Shown here: in pieces, positions 37,465 to 46,684 of the stretch
Position numbering within the stretch: the stretch's first letter is position 1
Layout of the letters: each line of letters starts with the position of its first letter
DNA from: Polyangiaceae bacterium
GTDB lineage: Bacteria; Myxococcota_A; Polyangia; Polyangiales; Polyangiaceae
Reading direction: 5' to 3'
Length of the DNA: 64,000 nt
Assembly: GCA_050287085.1 (NCBI GenBank)
Contig: JBNKBE010000021.1
Coordinates: forward strand, 44,602 to 108,601
The notes under the pieces: generated by a model
What the model was told of the DNA's origin: nothing
Database searches by the model: none
The model's input: the letters and a program-made list of their open reading frames with translations, nothing else
Position numbers and translations under genes: made by a program

Positions 37465-39060
37465 ATGAGCCATCCTTGTCTTGTTACCCTCGACCGGCAT
37501 AGCGCTCCGCGCGTGTTGTGCGCGGGGGATCGTCTGGTGGAAGTGGCGCTGCCCGCGGGTACCCGTGTGGTCTATGGAAGTCGCTTGACCGCCGCCCACG
37601 AAGCCCCAGCCAGCGCCGTCGATCGTGCACTGGCGCAAAGTCATAGCGAGCGTTCCCTGGAGGAGCGTTTGCGTCCCGGCATGCGCGTAACCGTGGTGGT
37701 CGACGCGGGGCAGCACTTCGGGCGGATCGACGCGGCTCGGGATCCGAGACCCGTCATGATTGCAGCTTTGCTGCGTCGCCTCGAGGCGCGCGGCGTGCAA
37801 GACGTCACGGTTCTACTCGCCGTGGGGCTCGAGCGTCGTCTGCGACCCGCTGAGGTTCAGCAGGTCGTCGGAGCCCGAAGCGTGCGTCGTTTGGGGGAGC
37901 GGTTGGTGCAGCATGACGCCGCGGACGCCCGCAGCCTGGCCGTGATCGCGGAAGACGAATTCGGGCATCCGATAGCCGTCAACCGTCGCATCGTCGAAAG
38001 CGATCTGGTGGTGTTGTGCAGCGTCGCGGCGACTTTGGACGACGGTGGCTACAAGCCGCTGATTCTGGGACTTGGCGACTACGAGGCGTGGCGCCGCCAT
38101 TTTGCTCCTGGCGTGCTGGCGATGTGTCCGGGGTATCAAGCTGCCAGCGACTCGCCGCTCAATGCCGCACTGCGACGTCAAGGCGAGTGTTGTGAGGCGC
38201 GCGTTCCGGTCTTTGCCCTGCAGGCGGTGCTGGGGCAGCAACCCTACGCTCGCGGCTACGAATTCCTGGGGAGCAATGAGGACGAGTTGAGTAGCAAAGA
38301 AGCGCTGCTGCTCAAGGGCTTGGTCGGAACGACCGCGCGGGCGCCCGATGTGATTCGCAATGCCCTCTGGAAACGCATCGCGCCCGGGGCGGGGGCGGTG
38401 GCTTTTTTCGCAGGGGACGTTGGGTCGGTCAAGGCGCAGTCAGACGCGTTGCTGGGGCGATTGCTCACCGTGCCTTCCGGACCACCCGCGGACGTTGTCG
38501 TCACGTCGGTTTCGCCGCTGCTGACGCAAGCCGGAACCCATGTGCAGAATCCGGTGCTCGTGCACCATGCCGCGCTGAGTGGGCTGGCGAACTTGCATTC
38601 CGGGCCGCCGCTGGTCCGTCCCGGTGGCACGTTGATCGTAACCCATCCGTGCACGGATCGCTTTGACCCGACCCTACACGCTTCCTACGCGCGCTTCTTC
38701 AACGAACTCCTGCCGGGGCATCCGAGCGTTGAACAGTTGCGTACGGCCGAGGGCCAATACGCGCGTGATCCGGCGTTGGTGGAGATGTTCCGCAAGGCGC
38801 ATGGGTATCATCCAGCGCACCCATTTTTCCTTTGGTATCAAGGTTTGGCGGCTAGCCAGGGGTTGGGCAAAGTCATTTGCGTCGGCGCAGACAACGAGTA
38901 CGTGCCTGCGCGCCTTGGTTGGGAGACCGCTGCCAGCATCGACGAAGCGTTGTACCGCGCTCGTGGAGGCAGCGCCCGCGCCCAGGACATTCTTTGCTTG
39001 CGAGCACCTCCGCTCGTCATTGCTCAGACCGAGCCCACAACCACGGGGAGAGCGGCATGA
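37465..39060 (+). CDS. Lactate-racemase (LarA/DUF2088) domain protein (ether-lipid locus)
   Basis: LLAVGLERRL, VQHDA, VNRRIVESDLV, GGYK, VRPGGTLI; stop overlaps the next ATG. Confidence 0.7.
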   Translation: MSHPCLVTLDRHSAPRVLCAGDRLVEVALPAGTRVVYGSRLTAAHEAPASAVDRALAQSHSERSLEERLRPGMRVTVVVDAGQHFGRIDAARDPRPVMIAALLRRLEARGVQDVTVLLAVGLERRLRPAEVQQVVGARSVRRLGERLVQHDAADARSLAVIAEDEFGHPIAVNRRIVESDLVVLCSVAATLDDGGYKPLILGLGDYEAWRRHFAPGVLAMCPGYQAASDSPLNAALRRQGECCEARVPVFALQAVLGQQPYARGYEFLGSNEDELSSKEALLLKGLVGTTARAPDVIRNALWKRIAPGAGAVAFFAGDVGSVKAQSDALLGRLLTVPSGPPADVVVTSVSPLLTQAGTHVQNPVLVHHAALSGLANLHSGPPLVRPGGTLIVTHPCTDRFDPTLHASYARFFNELLPGHPSVEQLRTAEGQYARDPALVEMFRKAHGYHPAHPFFLWYQGLAASQGLGKVICVGADNEYVPARLGWETAASIDEALYRARGGSARAQDILCLRAPPLVIAQTEPTTTGRAA

Positions 39061-42000
39061 ATCAGGAGACTTCTACGCCGTTGGGTGAACGGATGAGCTT
39101 GGCCGATACCTATCGCAACAAGAGTCTGCTCATTCTCGGCGGCACTGGCTTTCTCGGCAAGGTGTGGTGGACGTTGCTGCTGCATCGCTTTCCGGACATC
39201 GAGCAATTGTACTTGGTGGTGCGCTCGCGGACGACGCTGAGCTCCGAAGATCGCTTCTGGTCGGAGGTCGCGCAAAATCCTGGGCTCGATCCGTTGCGCC
39301 GTCGCCACGGCGACCGATTCGAAGACTTTTTGCGCCGCAAGGTCACTGTCTTGGACGGGGACATCATTCAGCCTTTCTGTGGAATCGAGGAGGGGGTGCG
39401 GCAATCGCTCCGCGGAAAGGTCCACGCGGTGGCCAACGCCTCGGGGATCGTCGATTTTCAGCCGCCACTCGACGTGGCGCTGGAGGTCAACGCGTTTGGG
39501 TGTCGCAATCTCGTTGCGCTTGCTCGCGACCTAGGTGACGTGCCCATCATGCACACCAGTACCTGCTTCGTTGCAGGCTACCGGACCGGGGTTATCGAGG
39601 AGCAGAATCCGCTTGAGCTGCCCTTTCCCTTCGTGGGTAAGCTGGAACGAGCTCACTGGGATCCAGAGCGAGAAGTTGCAGAGTGCCTCGACATCATCGA
39701 GCAGGCCAAGCATCGGGCGGGTGACGCCTTTCGGCAGAGCGCATTCGTCGACCAAGCCAAGCGTGCTCTGGCCGAGCAAGGTGAGCCCACGCGGGGCGCG
39801 GCGCTCGACGCTGAGGTGGCCGCGGTGCGACGGCGCTTCGTCGAAGGACAACTGTCCGCGTTTGGGCTCGAACGGGCACAGTATTGGGGGTGGCCCAACA
39901 CCTATACCTATACCAAGAGCATCGGTGAACAGCTTGTGGCCGGCGCGGGATTGCCTTTCTGCATCGTCCGTCCGGCGATCGTCGAATCTTGTGTTGCCTT
40001 TCCTCATTGCGGTTGGAACGAGGGCATCAACACGAGTGCCCCGCTCATCTACGCGATTCGCGAAGGGCAGCCTCAGTTTCCTGGGGGGCCTGTACGGCTG
40101 GACGTCATCCCTTGCGACATGGTGGCCACGGGGATGGTGTTGTCCTTGGCGGAGCTACTTCGGGGCGAAGCCAAGCCCGTTTATCAATACGGAACCGGCG
40201 ACAGCAACCCGATCAGCATGGCGCGGATCTACGAGCTGTCCGGCTTGTACAAGCGCAAGCACTTCCTGACCACCGGACGCGGCTCGCGTTTGGAGAATCG
40301 CCTGCAACGCCACCTCGAAGGGGCGTTTATTTCGGCTGATCACTTTGAGCGCTACGGGCCCAAGATGCTTGCGTCTGGTGCAAAGTGGCTAGCTGGCACG
40401 CTCGACAAGACCCCCCATGGTCCGCTTTCGAGCCTAGCCAGTCCGAGTGCGCGGAGCCTGCGCCGATTCGCGCGCCAGCAAGAGAAGGTCGCTCACATCA
40501 TCGGGCAGTTCATTCCCTTCACGGCACAGCTCGACTATGAGTTTCGTTGCGACAACACCCGCGCCGCCGTCGCTCGTTTGAGCCCGGAGGAGGCAGCTTC
40601 CTTCTACTGGGCGCCGCAGGACTTGGACTGGCGGCAGTGGTTTCTTGAAGTGCACGCCCCGGGTCTTGAACGCTGGGTATTTCCCAATATCGATCGCAAG
40701 CTCAAGAAGCCGCTTCGTCCGATCCGTCCCCATGCAACGCTGGCGGATCTGCTGGACGAAGTGGCGGCTCGATTCGACCTGCAAGTGGCCCTTCAGAAGC
40801 GTGAGCCGGAGGGCTTTTCGCGTGTCACTTATCGCGACGTGCGTTCGGGCGCACTGGCGTTCGCAGAGCGTTTTCGCGTCGCGGGGCTCCGGGCTGGCAA
40901 GCTCATGGTCCTCGCTGGCGCCCCTTCTCCAGCCTGGGTGATGGCCCTTTTTGGAGCCTGGTACTGCGGCGCCGAGGTGGTGCTCTTTCCGGCTGAGCAG
41001 GGATTGGATTTGTCCGGCGTTTGTGCTGAGCGGGGCGCGTGCGTGCTGGCGACTGATCCGGGGACGGCAAGTGCGGTGGGTGAGGCCGTCTACACGTGTA
41101 TCCTGGAGGAACCGGGTGAGGTGGACGGGGCAGCGTTGACACCCGAGTCAGAGCTCGCGCCAAATGCGATTGCGTGTCACGTCTGGAGCGACGGCGCGTG
41201 GGTTTCCGCGACGCACGGTGCGCTTACGAACCTACTGGCGTCGCTCGCTCCGCTCTTCGAGTTGAACCGGGATGATCGCATGCTTGCGGCGCTGCCGCTC
41301 ACGGCGCCCTTTGAATTGGTGACAGCCTGTCTGTTGCCCCTATCGCGGGGCGCTCGGGTTGTCTTTTCGGCGGGGCGGTCCGTGGCGGAAGTGGCTGCGT
41401 CACTCCGTGACGCAAGGATCACGGCCTTGGTCGGAGATCGGCAGCTTTGGCGTGAGATCGAGCAGGAGGTCTTGCTGCCGGCTCTTCCACACGCTGGACT
41501 TCGGGGACGTTGGCTGGAGCAAACTCTCGCGTTCAATCGCGGCGTGTTCGGTTCGACGGGCCTCGACGCGGGGCGACTGCTCTTTGCGGACGTGCATCGC
41601 GCGTTGGGCGGGCATCTCCGGCTGCTCATCAGCGGGGACGGAGAACTGGATACGGCGATCGCGGCTCGCTTCGCGGGTTCAGGGTTACCGTTGGTCAACG
41701 GCTACGGACGGCCCGGCGTGGGTGCACTGCTGTCTACGACGCGGGCTGGGGGCAGTGCTGTACCGATCCCGGCTGTGGAGCTTTGCGTGCGTGACGCGGG
41801 GGCTGACGGCGTGGGCGCGGTGTATTCGCGAGGAGCTGCTCTACACGGACAGCCAGGACCGGATGGTTGGGCTGACACGGGGGACATGGGGCGCATCGGC
41901 GCGCGGGGCGACGTGCAACTGCTGGGCCCGCGCTCGGAGGTGATTGCCAACGCTCTGACGGGCAATGTTTACCCCGTCGAGCTGGAGCGTCGCTTGCTTC

Positions 42001-43121
42001 GCCCGAGGGCCGTTGCCGCGTGGCGTGTTGTGGCTTTTGAAGGGGCGGCCTTTGGAGTCAGTCCCGCCCTGGTGGTGGTACTGGCACCAGGCTTTTCGAA
42101 AGAGCCCCGCGTTGCGTCGCGGCTCGAACGCACCTTGCAGCGAGTATCGCCCGCAGAACGACCGGTCCGGGTGGTTTGGCTAGAAGAACGTCCGCCGGAG
42201 GGGATCTTTGGCTCACGTTCCGCGCTAGCCAACTGGCTTGTCGAGACCCAGCCGGCTCCTGCAACGGAGGTCTTGGTGCGCGCTCTGGCTCCGTGCCTGG
42301 GCGGACCTACGAGCGCGCCGAACCGCGCGACGGCCTTGTCGGATCTGGGTCTGGGGGCGTCGGAGCTGGAGGCTGTGGCGGCCGCTCTGCCGCCTCGGAT
42401 TGCCAAGGCGCGTTTCTTGGAGGAGGCCATGGGCGCCGAGTTCTTGGGCGACCTGGAGCGTGCGTTCTATCGAGCGTGCGACTTTCCCGGCGTCCGGTCC
42501 CCTGCGGATTCGTCGGCGCGCGGACCTTGGTTTCGCGGCGTGACCCAATTCCTGCTGGGTGCCTGTGAGGCCCCGGCGCTGGCGCGTCTGTTGCCAACGC
42601 GAGTGGTGGGTTCGTCCTACCTACCCCGTTCGGGCGCGGTCTTGGTGGTCGCCACTTCCGCGGGGGAGTGGTCGCCGCACTTGGTTCGTTATGTTCTGTC
42701 GGAGTATCGCGCCCAGGCTCGGGTGCTGCTTTGGGAAGGGGATCTGCCCGCGCCGGGCCTGCTGCGCCGGATGCTTCTAGCGGCGCCTTGGCTCGAAGTC
42801 GTAGCGAGCGGCGAGGGAGCGAGCGGGTTTGGGGCGCGCGTGGCGGCGTTGCTCGAGCGAGGCCAGTGCGTCGCGGTATTGGCTCGGCCGGGCGGGCCAC
42901 GACCGGTGGAGCCGGAGGTGCTAAGCGCGGCTCTGAGCGCCGCAGCCCCGATTGTTCCGCTCCGGATCCGCACTGCGTCGGCTCCCGTAGAGACCGGGCA
43001 TCACCGGGAACTCGTGCGCCGTGGCGCGTTTGAGGCGACGGTGCTTCCGCCGGTCAGCCTTCGCGGAGCCCCGGAGGATCCGGGGGTAGCCGTGGCCAAC
43101 GCACTGCGCGACGGGGTCTGA
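39057..43121 (+). CDS. elbD: ElbD-like multidomain protein: fatty acyl reductase, adenylation, carrier and acyltransferase domains (last three degenerate)
   Basis: GGTGFLGK and WPNTYTYTK reductase motifs; AMP-binding remnants (GYG, DTGDMG, NVYP-ELE); ACP-like LSDLGL; PlsC-like C-terminus. Confidence 0.75.
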   Translation: MNQETSTPLGERMSLADTYRNKSLLILGGTGFLGKVWWTLLLHRFPDIEQLYLVVRSRTTLSSEDRFWSEVAQNPGLDPLRRRHGDRFEDFLRRKVTVLDGDIIQPFCGIEEGVRQSLRGKVHAVANASGIVDFQPPLDVALEVNAFGCRNLVALARDLGDVPIMHTSTCFVAGYRTGVIEEQNPLELPFPFVGKLERAHWDPEREVAECLDIIEQAKHRAGDAFRQSAFVDQAKRALAEQGEPTRGAALDAEVAAVRRRFVEGQLSAFGLERAQYWGWPNTYTYTKSIGEQLVAGAGLPFCIVRPAIVESCVAFPHCGWNEGINTSAPLIYAIREGQPQFPGGPVRLDVIPCDMVATGMVLSLAELLRGEAKPVYQYGTGDSNPISMARIYELSGLYKRKHFLTTGRGSRLENRLQRHLEGAFISADHFERYGPKMLASGAKWLAGTLDKTPHGPLSSLASPSARSLRRFARQQEKVAHIIGQFIPFTAQLDYEFRCDNTRAAVARLSPEEAASFYWAPQDLDWRQWFLEVHAPGLERWVFPNIDRKLKKPLRPIRPHATLADLLDEVAARFDLQVALQKREPEGFSRVTYRDVRSGALAFAERFRVAGLRAGKLMVLAGAPSPAWVMALFGAWYCGAEVVLFPAEQGLDLSGVCAERGACVLATDPGTASAVGEAVYTCILEEPGEVDGAALTPESELAPNAIACHVWSDGAWVSATHGALTNLLASLAPLFELNRDDRMLAALPLTAPFELVTACLLPLSRGARVVFSAGRSVAEVAASLRDARITALVGDRQLWREIEQEVLLPALPHAGLRGRWLEQTLAFNRGVFGSTGLDAGRLLFADVHRALGGHLRLLISGDGELDTAIAARFAGSGLPLVNGYGRPGVGALLSTTRAGGSAVPIPAVELCVRDAGADGVGAVYSRGAALHGQPGPDGWADTGDMGRIGARGDVQLLGPRSEVIANALTGNVYPVELERRLLRPRAVAAWRVVAFEGAAFGVSPALVVVLAPGFSKEPRVASRLERTLQRVSPAERPVRVVWLEERPPEGIFGSRSALANWLVETQPAPATEVLVRALAPCLGGPTSAPNRATALSDLGLGASELEAVAAALPPRIAKARFLEEAMGAEFLGDLERAFYRACDFPGVRSPADSSARGPWFRGVTQFLLGACEAPALARLLPTRVVGSSYLPRSGAVLVVATSAGEWSPHLVRYVLSEYRAQARVLLWEGDLPAPGLLRRMLLAAPWLEVVASGEGASGFGARVAALLERGQCVAVLARPGGPRPVEPEVLSAALSAAAPIVPLRIRTASAPVETGHHRELVRRGAFEATVLPPVSLRGAPEDPGVAVANALRDGV

Positions 43122-43123
43122 GC

Positions 43124-43762
43124 TTACCGGCGTTCTGCTGGCCGTTGCCACACGGACGTCTCGACGAGTCCGCCGGCGCAGCTTTGGCGGTGGGTTCGTT
43201 GTAATCCTTGGGCCAGCAGTAGGGGCCTCGGATCCACCAAGCGGCGCGCGGAGATGTCGGTCAAGCAGCGGAACGCCGAATACAGCGCTGAGACCCAAAC
43301 GCGTTGTCGTAGACCGACGAGTCCGCGACCATCGAGCACAAAGTCGGCGAGCAGCCACAGGCCGCCCGGCGCCAAGGTGCGATAGAGCTCCGATATCAGT
43401 TGTCCTAGCTGCTCGGCTTCAAAACAGTCCAATACAAATGCGGTGACCACCGCGTCAAAGGGCCCCGAGGGCAGCGTCTGGGTCGCGTCCGCGTGGCAGA
43501 AGGTCACGCGCGGATCGGAGTCGATGCGGCGGCGGGCTAGGCGCAGCATGCGCTTGCTGCTGTCCACTACGGTGATGCGCCCGCCCTCGAGCTCGGCCAG
43601 CAGAGTCGAAAGCAGCCGCCCGTCACCCTCACCAATGATCAGAACATGGCGCTGGCGTTTCAGAACTGGCAAGAGGCAGGTTCGCGCGCGTTCGAGCTGA
43701 CGCCCGAGCAGTATTCGCTCCAGCGGTTCATAGATGGCGGCGACGCGATCGAAGCTTTTCAC
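43124..43762 (-). CDS. Class I SAM-dependent methyltransferase
   Basis: VLIIGEGDG, VDSS, FDAVVTAFVLDCF, LAPGGLWLLADF. Confidence 0.85.
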   Translation of the reverse strand: MKSFDRVAAIYEPLERILLGRQLERARTCLLPVLKRQRHVLIIGEGDGRLLSTLLAELEGGRITVVDSSKRMLRLARRRIDSDPRVTFCHADATQTLPSGPFDAVVTAFVLDCFEAEQLGQLISELYRTLAPGGLWLLADFVLDGRGLVGLRQRVWVSALYSAFRCLTDISARRLVDPRPLLLAQGLQRTHRQSCAGGLVETSVWQRPAERR

Positions 43763-43793
43763 GACGGCTTGCTGAGTGATTGGCGGTAGGGGG

Positions 43794-44678
43794 TTACCAC
43801 CATCCGGGGATTGCGACCAAGAGCAGGGTCGCATCCAGCCAGGCGTGACTACTCTCGGGCTCACGACGGTGCGCGGTTGTGACCACGGCCGCGATGCCCA
43901 CCCCTGCGAGCAGGGCGGACGCCGAGAGAGCGCGGAGCTCTGGCGCAGCGCTGAAGGTGGCAAGCGCCGCGGCCAGGGCCAGCCCGAGCAGTCCAGAACG
44001 CAAGGTGGGGCGTAGGGGGGGGGGGATAGCGGCCGTTCCGAGCCTCCGATCCAGCGCCTGTTCAACGTCTTGAGTGGCCACCAGGTTCATCCACGCAAGG
44101 GTTAGCAGGCTCGCTAAGTGGAGCAGGGTCAAGGGCGTGGGGGCCGCGGGCCAGACGTAGGCCGTGACGCCAGCGGTGAAGATGGCGGCAACCGAGAAGA
44201 GGCGAGCCCTCACCCGCCACGCTTCGGACGAGGGGGCTCTGGATGCGTGAACGATCGCGAGGTAGGTCAGCGCGAAGGCGAGCAAGCCCAGGCTGGCTCG
44301 CCATGAGGTGGCATCAAAGCTCAGCCAAGCGAGGCCTGCTGTGCCGATTGCGACCACACACCACAGCACCAACACAGGACGCGCCCAACGGCGCTGGAGC
44401 CCGTGCCGCAAAGAGCGGCTGGCGCGCTTTCCCAGGTGTACCGCGTCGAGCCAGCGGTCGGCGCAATAGACCAGCCAGAGCGCAGCGAACAACACGACTT
44501 GTTCGCTGAGCGTGGGGAGCTCGCCGTGAGCGAGTCCAAACGCATATTGCCAGCTCACGCCGACAAGGGGCTCGAGCAAACACAGCGTGGTCAGGATGCG
44601 CACGTCCAGCGTGAGGAGCGAGCCGTCGAGCGCCGCGGGCGGGCGAACCCATGAACCTATCGCCACGTCCGAAGCCAC
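43794..44678 (-). CDS. Multi-TM membrane protein, UbiA-superfamily-like
   Basis: About 8 TM segments, WLVYCADRWLD aspartate motif. Confidence 0.55.
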   Translation of the reverse strand: MASDVAIGSWVRPPAALDGSLLTLDVRILTTLCLLEPLVGVSWQYAFGLAHGELPTLSEQVVLFAALWLVYCADRWLDAVHLGKRASRSLRHGLQRRWARPVLVLWCVVAIGTAGLAWLSFDATSWRASLGLLAFALTYLAIVHASRAPSSEAWRVRARLFSVAAIFTAGVTAYVWPAAPTPLTLLHLASLLTLAWMNLVATQDVEQALDRRLGTAAIPPPLRPTLRSGLLGLALAAALATFSAAPELRALSASALLAGVGIAAVVTTAHRREPESSHAWLDATLLLVAIPGWW

Positions 44679-44821
44679 CGTTCAGCAATGTGGCCGTCAA
44701 GGGGCGAGAGCCGCTGACGGGGCTTGGACGAACATAGCGCTCGGCTCGGAGATATCATCAGGCCCTTTGTCCTCTAACACAACTTCCCCCATTGCGAAGC
44801 GAAGCTCTTTGACGACCGCCC

Positions 44822-45682
44822 TCAGTCGGCCCCTTCGAGGCGCTCGAGGGTTTGCTCGATCGCGCGTTCGGCAAGGTTTTGCAGGGGCGTACCGAACGCG
44901 TGTCCCCATTGGCCGCTGCCTTCCGTCCAAGCTTCCACGCCCGCCTGCCTCAGCCAGCGCACGGTGCGGGGCGCGGCCCGTTCGCAGGCTCGCGTTCCGC
45001 AGAGCAGCAGCGCGATGCGTCCCCCGCGCGTTCGAAAGCGCTCGGCAGAGCGTATTGTCCACTGCTGATAGCCGCCTTCGATGAGCAGTACCGCGGCGAA
45101 CGCGGTTTCGATGCTGTCGAGGGCGAGTGAGCCCATGGTCGCTCCCTGTGAGTAGCCAATGTAGATGCGACGGCTTTCGTCGACGTTGGCGTACGCCCCG
45201 CCGGCGAGCGCAGCCAGCCCCTCGTTGACACGGGCTGCGAGTGCGCGATGGTTTTCGTAGTAGAACGCGTCCGCGCTCCCCATCGAGCGCCCGGGGATAC
45301 ACAATACGCTGGCTCTTTGCGCGACCACCCGCGACCAGAACTGGCAGTGCGCCCGGGGCGAGCCCCCCGCGCCGTGGGCTACCACGAGCAAAGGGAGCGG
45401 CAAGCTGGACGGTGGCGCGTAGACATGTGCCGCCTCACCCCCGCTCAGGACCACTTGGGCACGAAGTACGGCTGGCTCAGTACTCAGAGCGGTGCGCGCG
45501 TTGGGGCGCGCCTTGTCGAGCCGAGTCGCCGATGTTGGCGCAGGAAGTGCCTTCGGCGGAGACAGGGCGCGAGGCGGGGCGAAAGAGTGCGCTGGCGCAG
45601 GCTCCGGGGGCTGTGCTCGCTGCGGCGTGGGGGGAGCGGCGCAGGCGATGACCCACAGACCCAGCGCTCCCGCCGATCTCAT
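44822..45682 (-). CDS. Alpha/beta hydrolase lipoprotein
   Basis: Lipobox-like VIAC, HGAGG oxyanion motif, GYSQG nucleophile motif, late GH. Confidence 0.75.
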   Translation of the reverse strand: MRSAGALGLWVIACAAPPTPQRAQPPEPAPAHSFAPPRALSPPKALPAPTSATRLDKARPNARTALSTEPAVLRAQVVLSGGEAAHVYAPPSSLPLPLLVVAHGAGGSPRAHCQFWSRVVAQRASVLCIPGRSMGSADAFYYENHRALAARVNEGLAALAGGAYANVDESRRIYIGYSQGATMGSLALDSIETAFAAVLLIEGGYQQWTIRSAERFRTRGGRIALLLCGTRACERAAPRTVRWLRQAGVEAWTEGSGQWGHAFGTPLQNLAERAIEQTLERLEGAD

Positions 45683-46581
45683 CGGGACAGAGCGTCGGCG
45701 ACCAGCTCGGCGAGGTCGTCTTGGCGGCTCGGCGCAGGGGGCGAGCGCTTGGGGAGGGGTGACGAGGGCACGGGCTCGCTGCGTTGCGTCCAGCGTTTGA
45801 ACCAGCCCCCACCCGTTGAGGCCTCGAGACTGAAGTCACCTTGCGCCACCCGCGCCGGTGCGTCGCGCAAGGCGGTTCCCAGAGCTTGATGGGCGCGGGC
45901 GAAGTCTCGGGCGTCTCCCAGCAAGCTGGCCTGGGTGGCCTGAGCGGCGCGGCGCGCGGCGCGGAGATCGAGCCCGTGGTGGGAGGCAAATAGCGCTGTC
46001 CACAAGGCCAGAGTGGGGGCGTCGGCGGCGGTGAACTGTTGAATGCTCGGACCCCCGCAGCTCTTCTGGTAGACGTGTGCACCGTCGAGGAGTAGGGCTC
46101 CCAGGCCCAGTTGTACCGCGACGATCTCGGCACCGATCGGATTGCGCTCGGGCTCCGAGCCTTCCGCGCGTACCTCCTCGATGAAGATGTGCGCCAAGGA
46201 ACGGGCGAGTAGAGTTCCGAGCAGGGGAGGGACGGATAGCGTGCGGGCGTCCAGCTGCAGCTCCCACTCATCCCCGCCGTCGACGATACGGCTGAGCGCC
46301 CCGGAAGGTAGCGCGGGCGCGCAGGTGCCGCCGCAATGAGCGCCCGCTGGCGCGTCGCCCAGCAGGCTGATCCTGATCGGAATATCCGTCAGGCCAGTGT
46401 GGCTCTGGAGTCGGTCGAGGACCCGCTGCGCGCCAGAGCCGTCGCCCGTGAACGGATCCGGGAAGTACTCCGGTGTGGCCAATACGAGCGGGGAGGGGGT
46501 CATCTCCGCGCCGAAGCGCACAAGCTGCGCCGCGTAGGGCGGGACGAGCCGTCGGCACTGCTCAACGTTCGGAAACTCCAT
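45679..46581 (-). CDS. Hypothetical protein
   Basis: 300 aa ATG ORF with overlapping stop/start coupling to the downstream gene; CGGTC and KSCGG motifs. Confidence 0.7.
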   Translation of the reverse strand: MEFPNVEQCRRLVPPYAAQLVRFGAEMTPSPLVLATPEYFPDPFTGDGSGAQRVLDRLQSHTGLTDIPIRISLLGDAPAGAHCGGTCAPALPSGALSRIVDGGDEWELQLDARTLSVPPLLGTLLARSLAHIFIEEVRAEGSEPERNPIGAEIVAVQLGLGALLLDGAHVYQKSCGGPSIQQFTAADAPTLALWTALFASHHGLDLRAARRAAQATQASLLGDARDFARAHQALGTALRDAPARVAQGDFSLEASTGGGWFKRWTQRSEPVPSSPLPKRSPPAPSRQDDLAELVADALSR

Positions 46582-46684
46582 GGCTGGATTATGGCAAATC
46601 GACGATGCCCTGGCCAGGGCATCGTCGGCGCGCTCGATCTCCTCGCTGGGCCAGCTGAGTTGCCGGGCCAGCTGAGTTGCCGGG

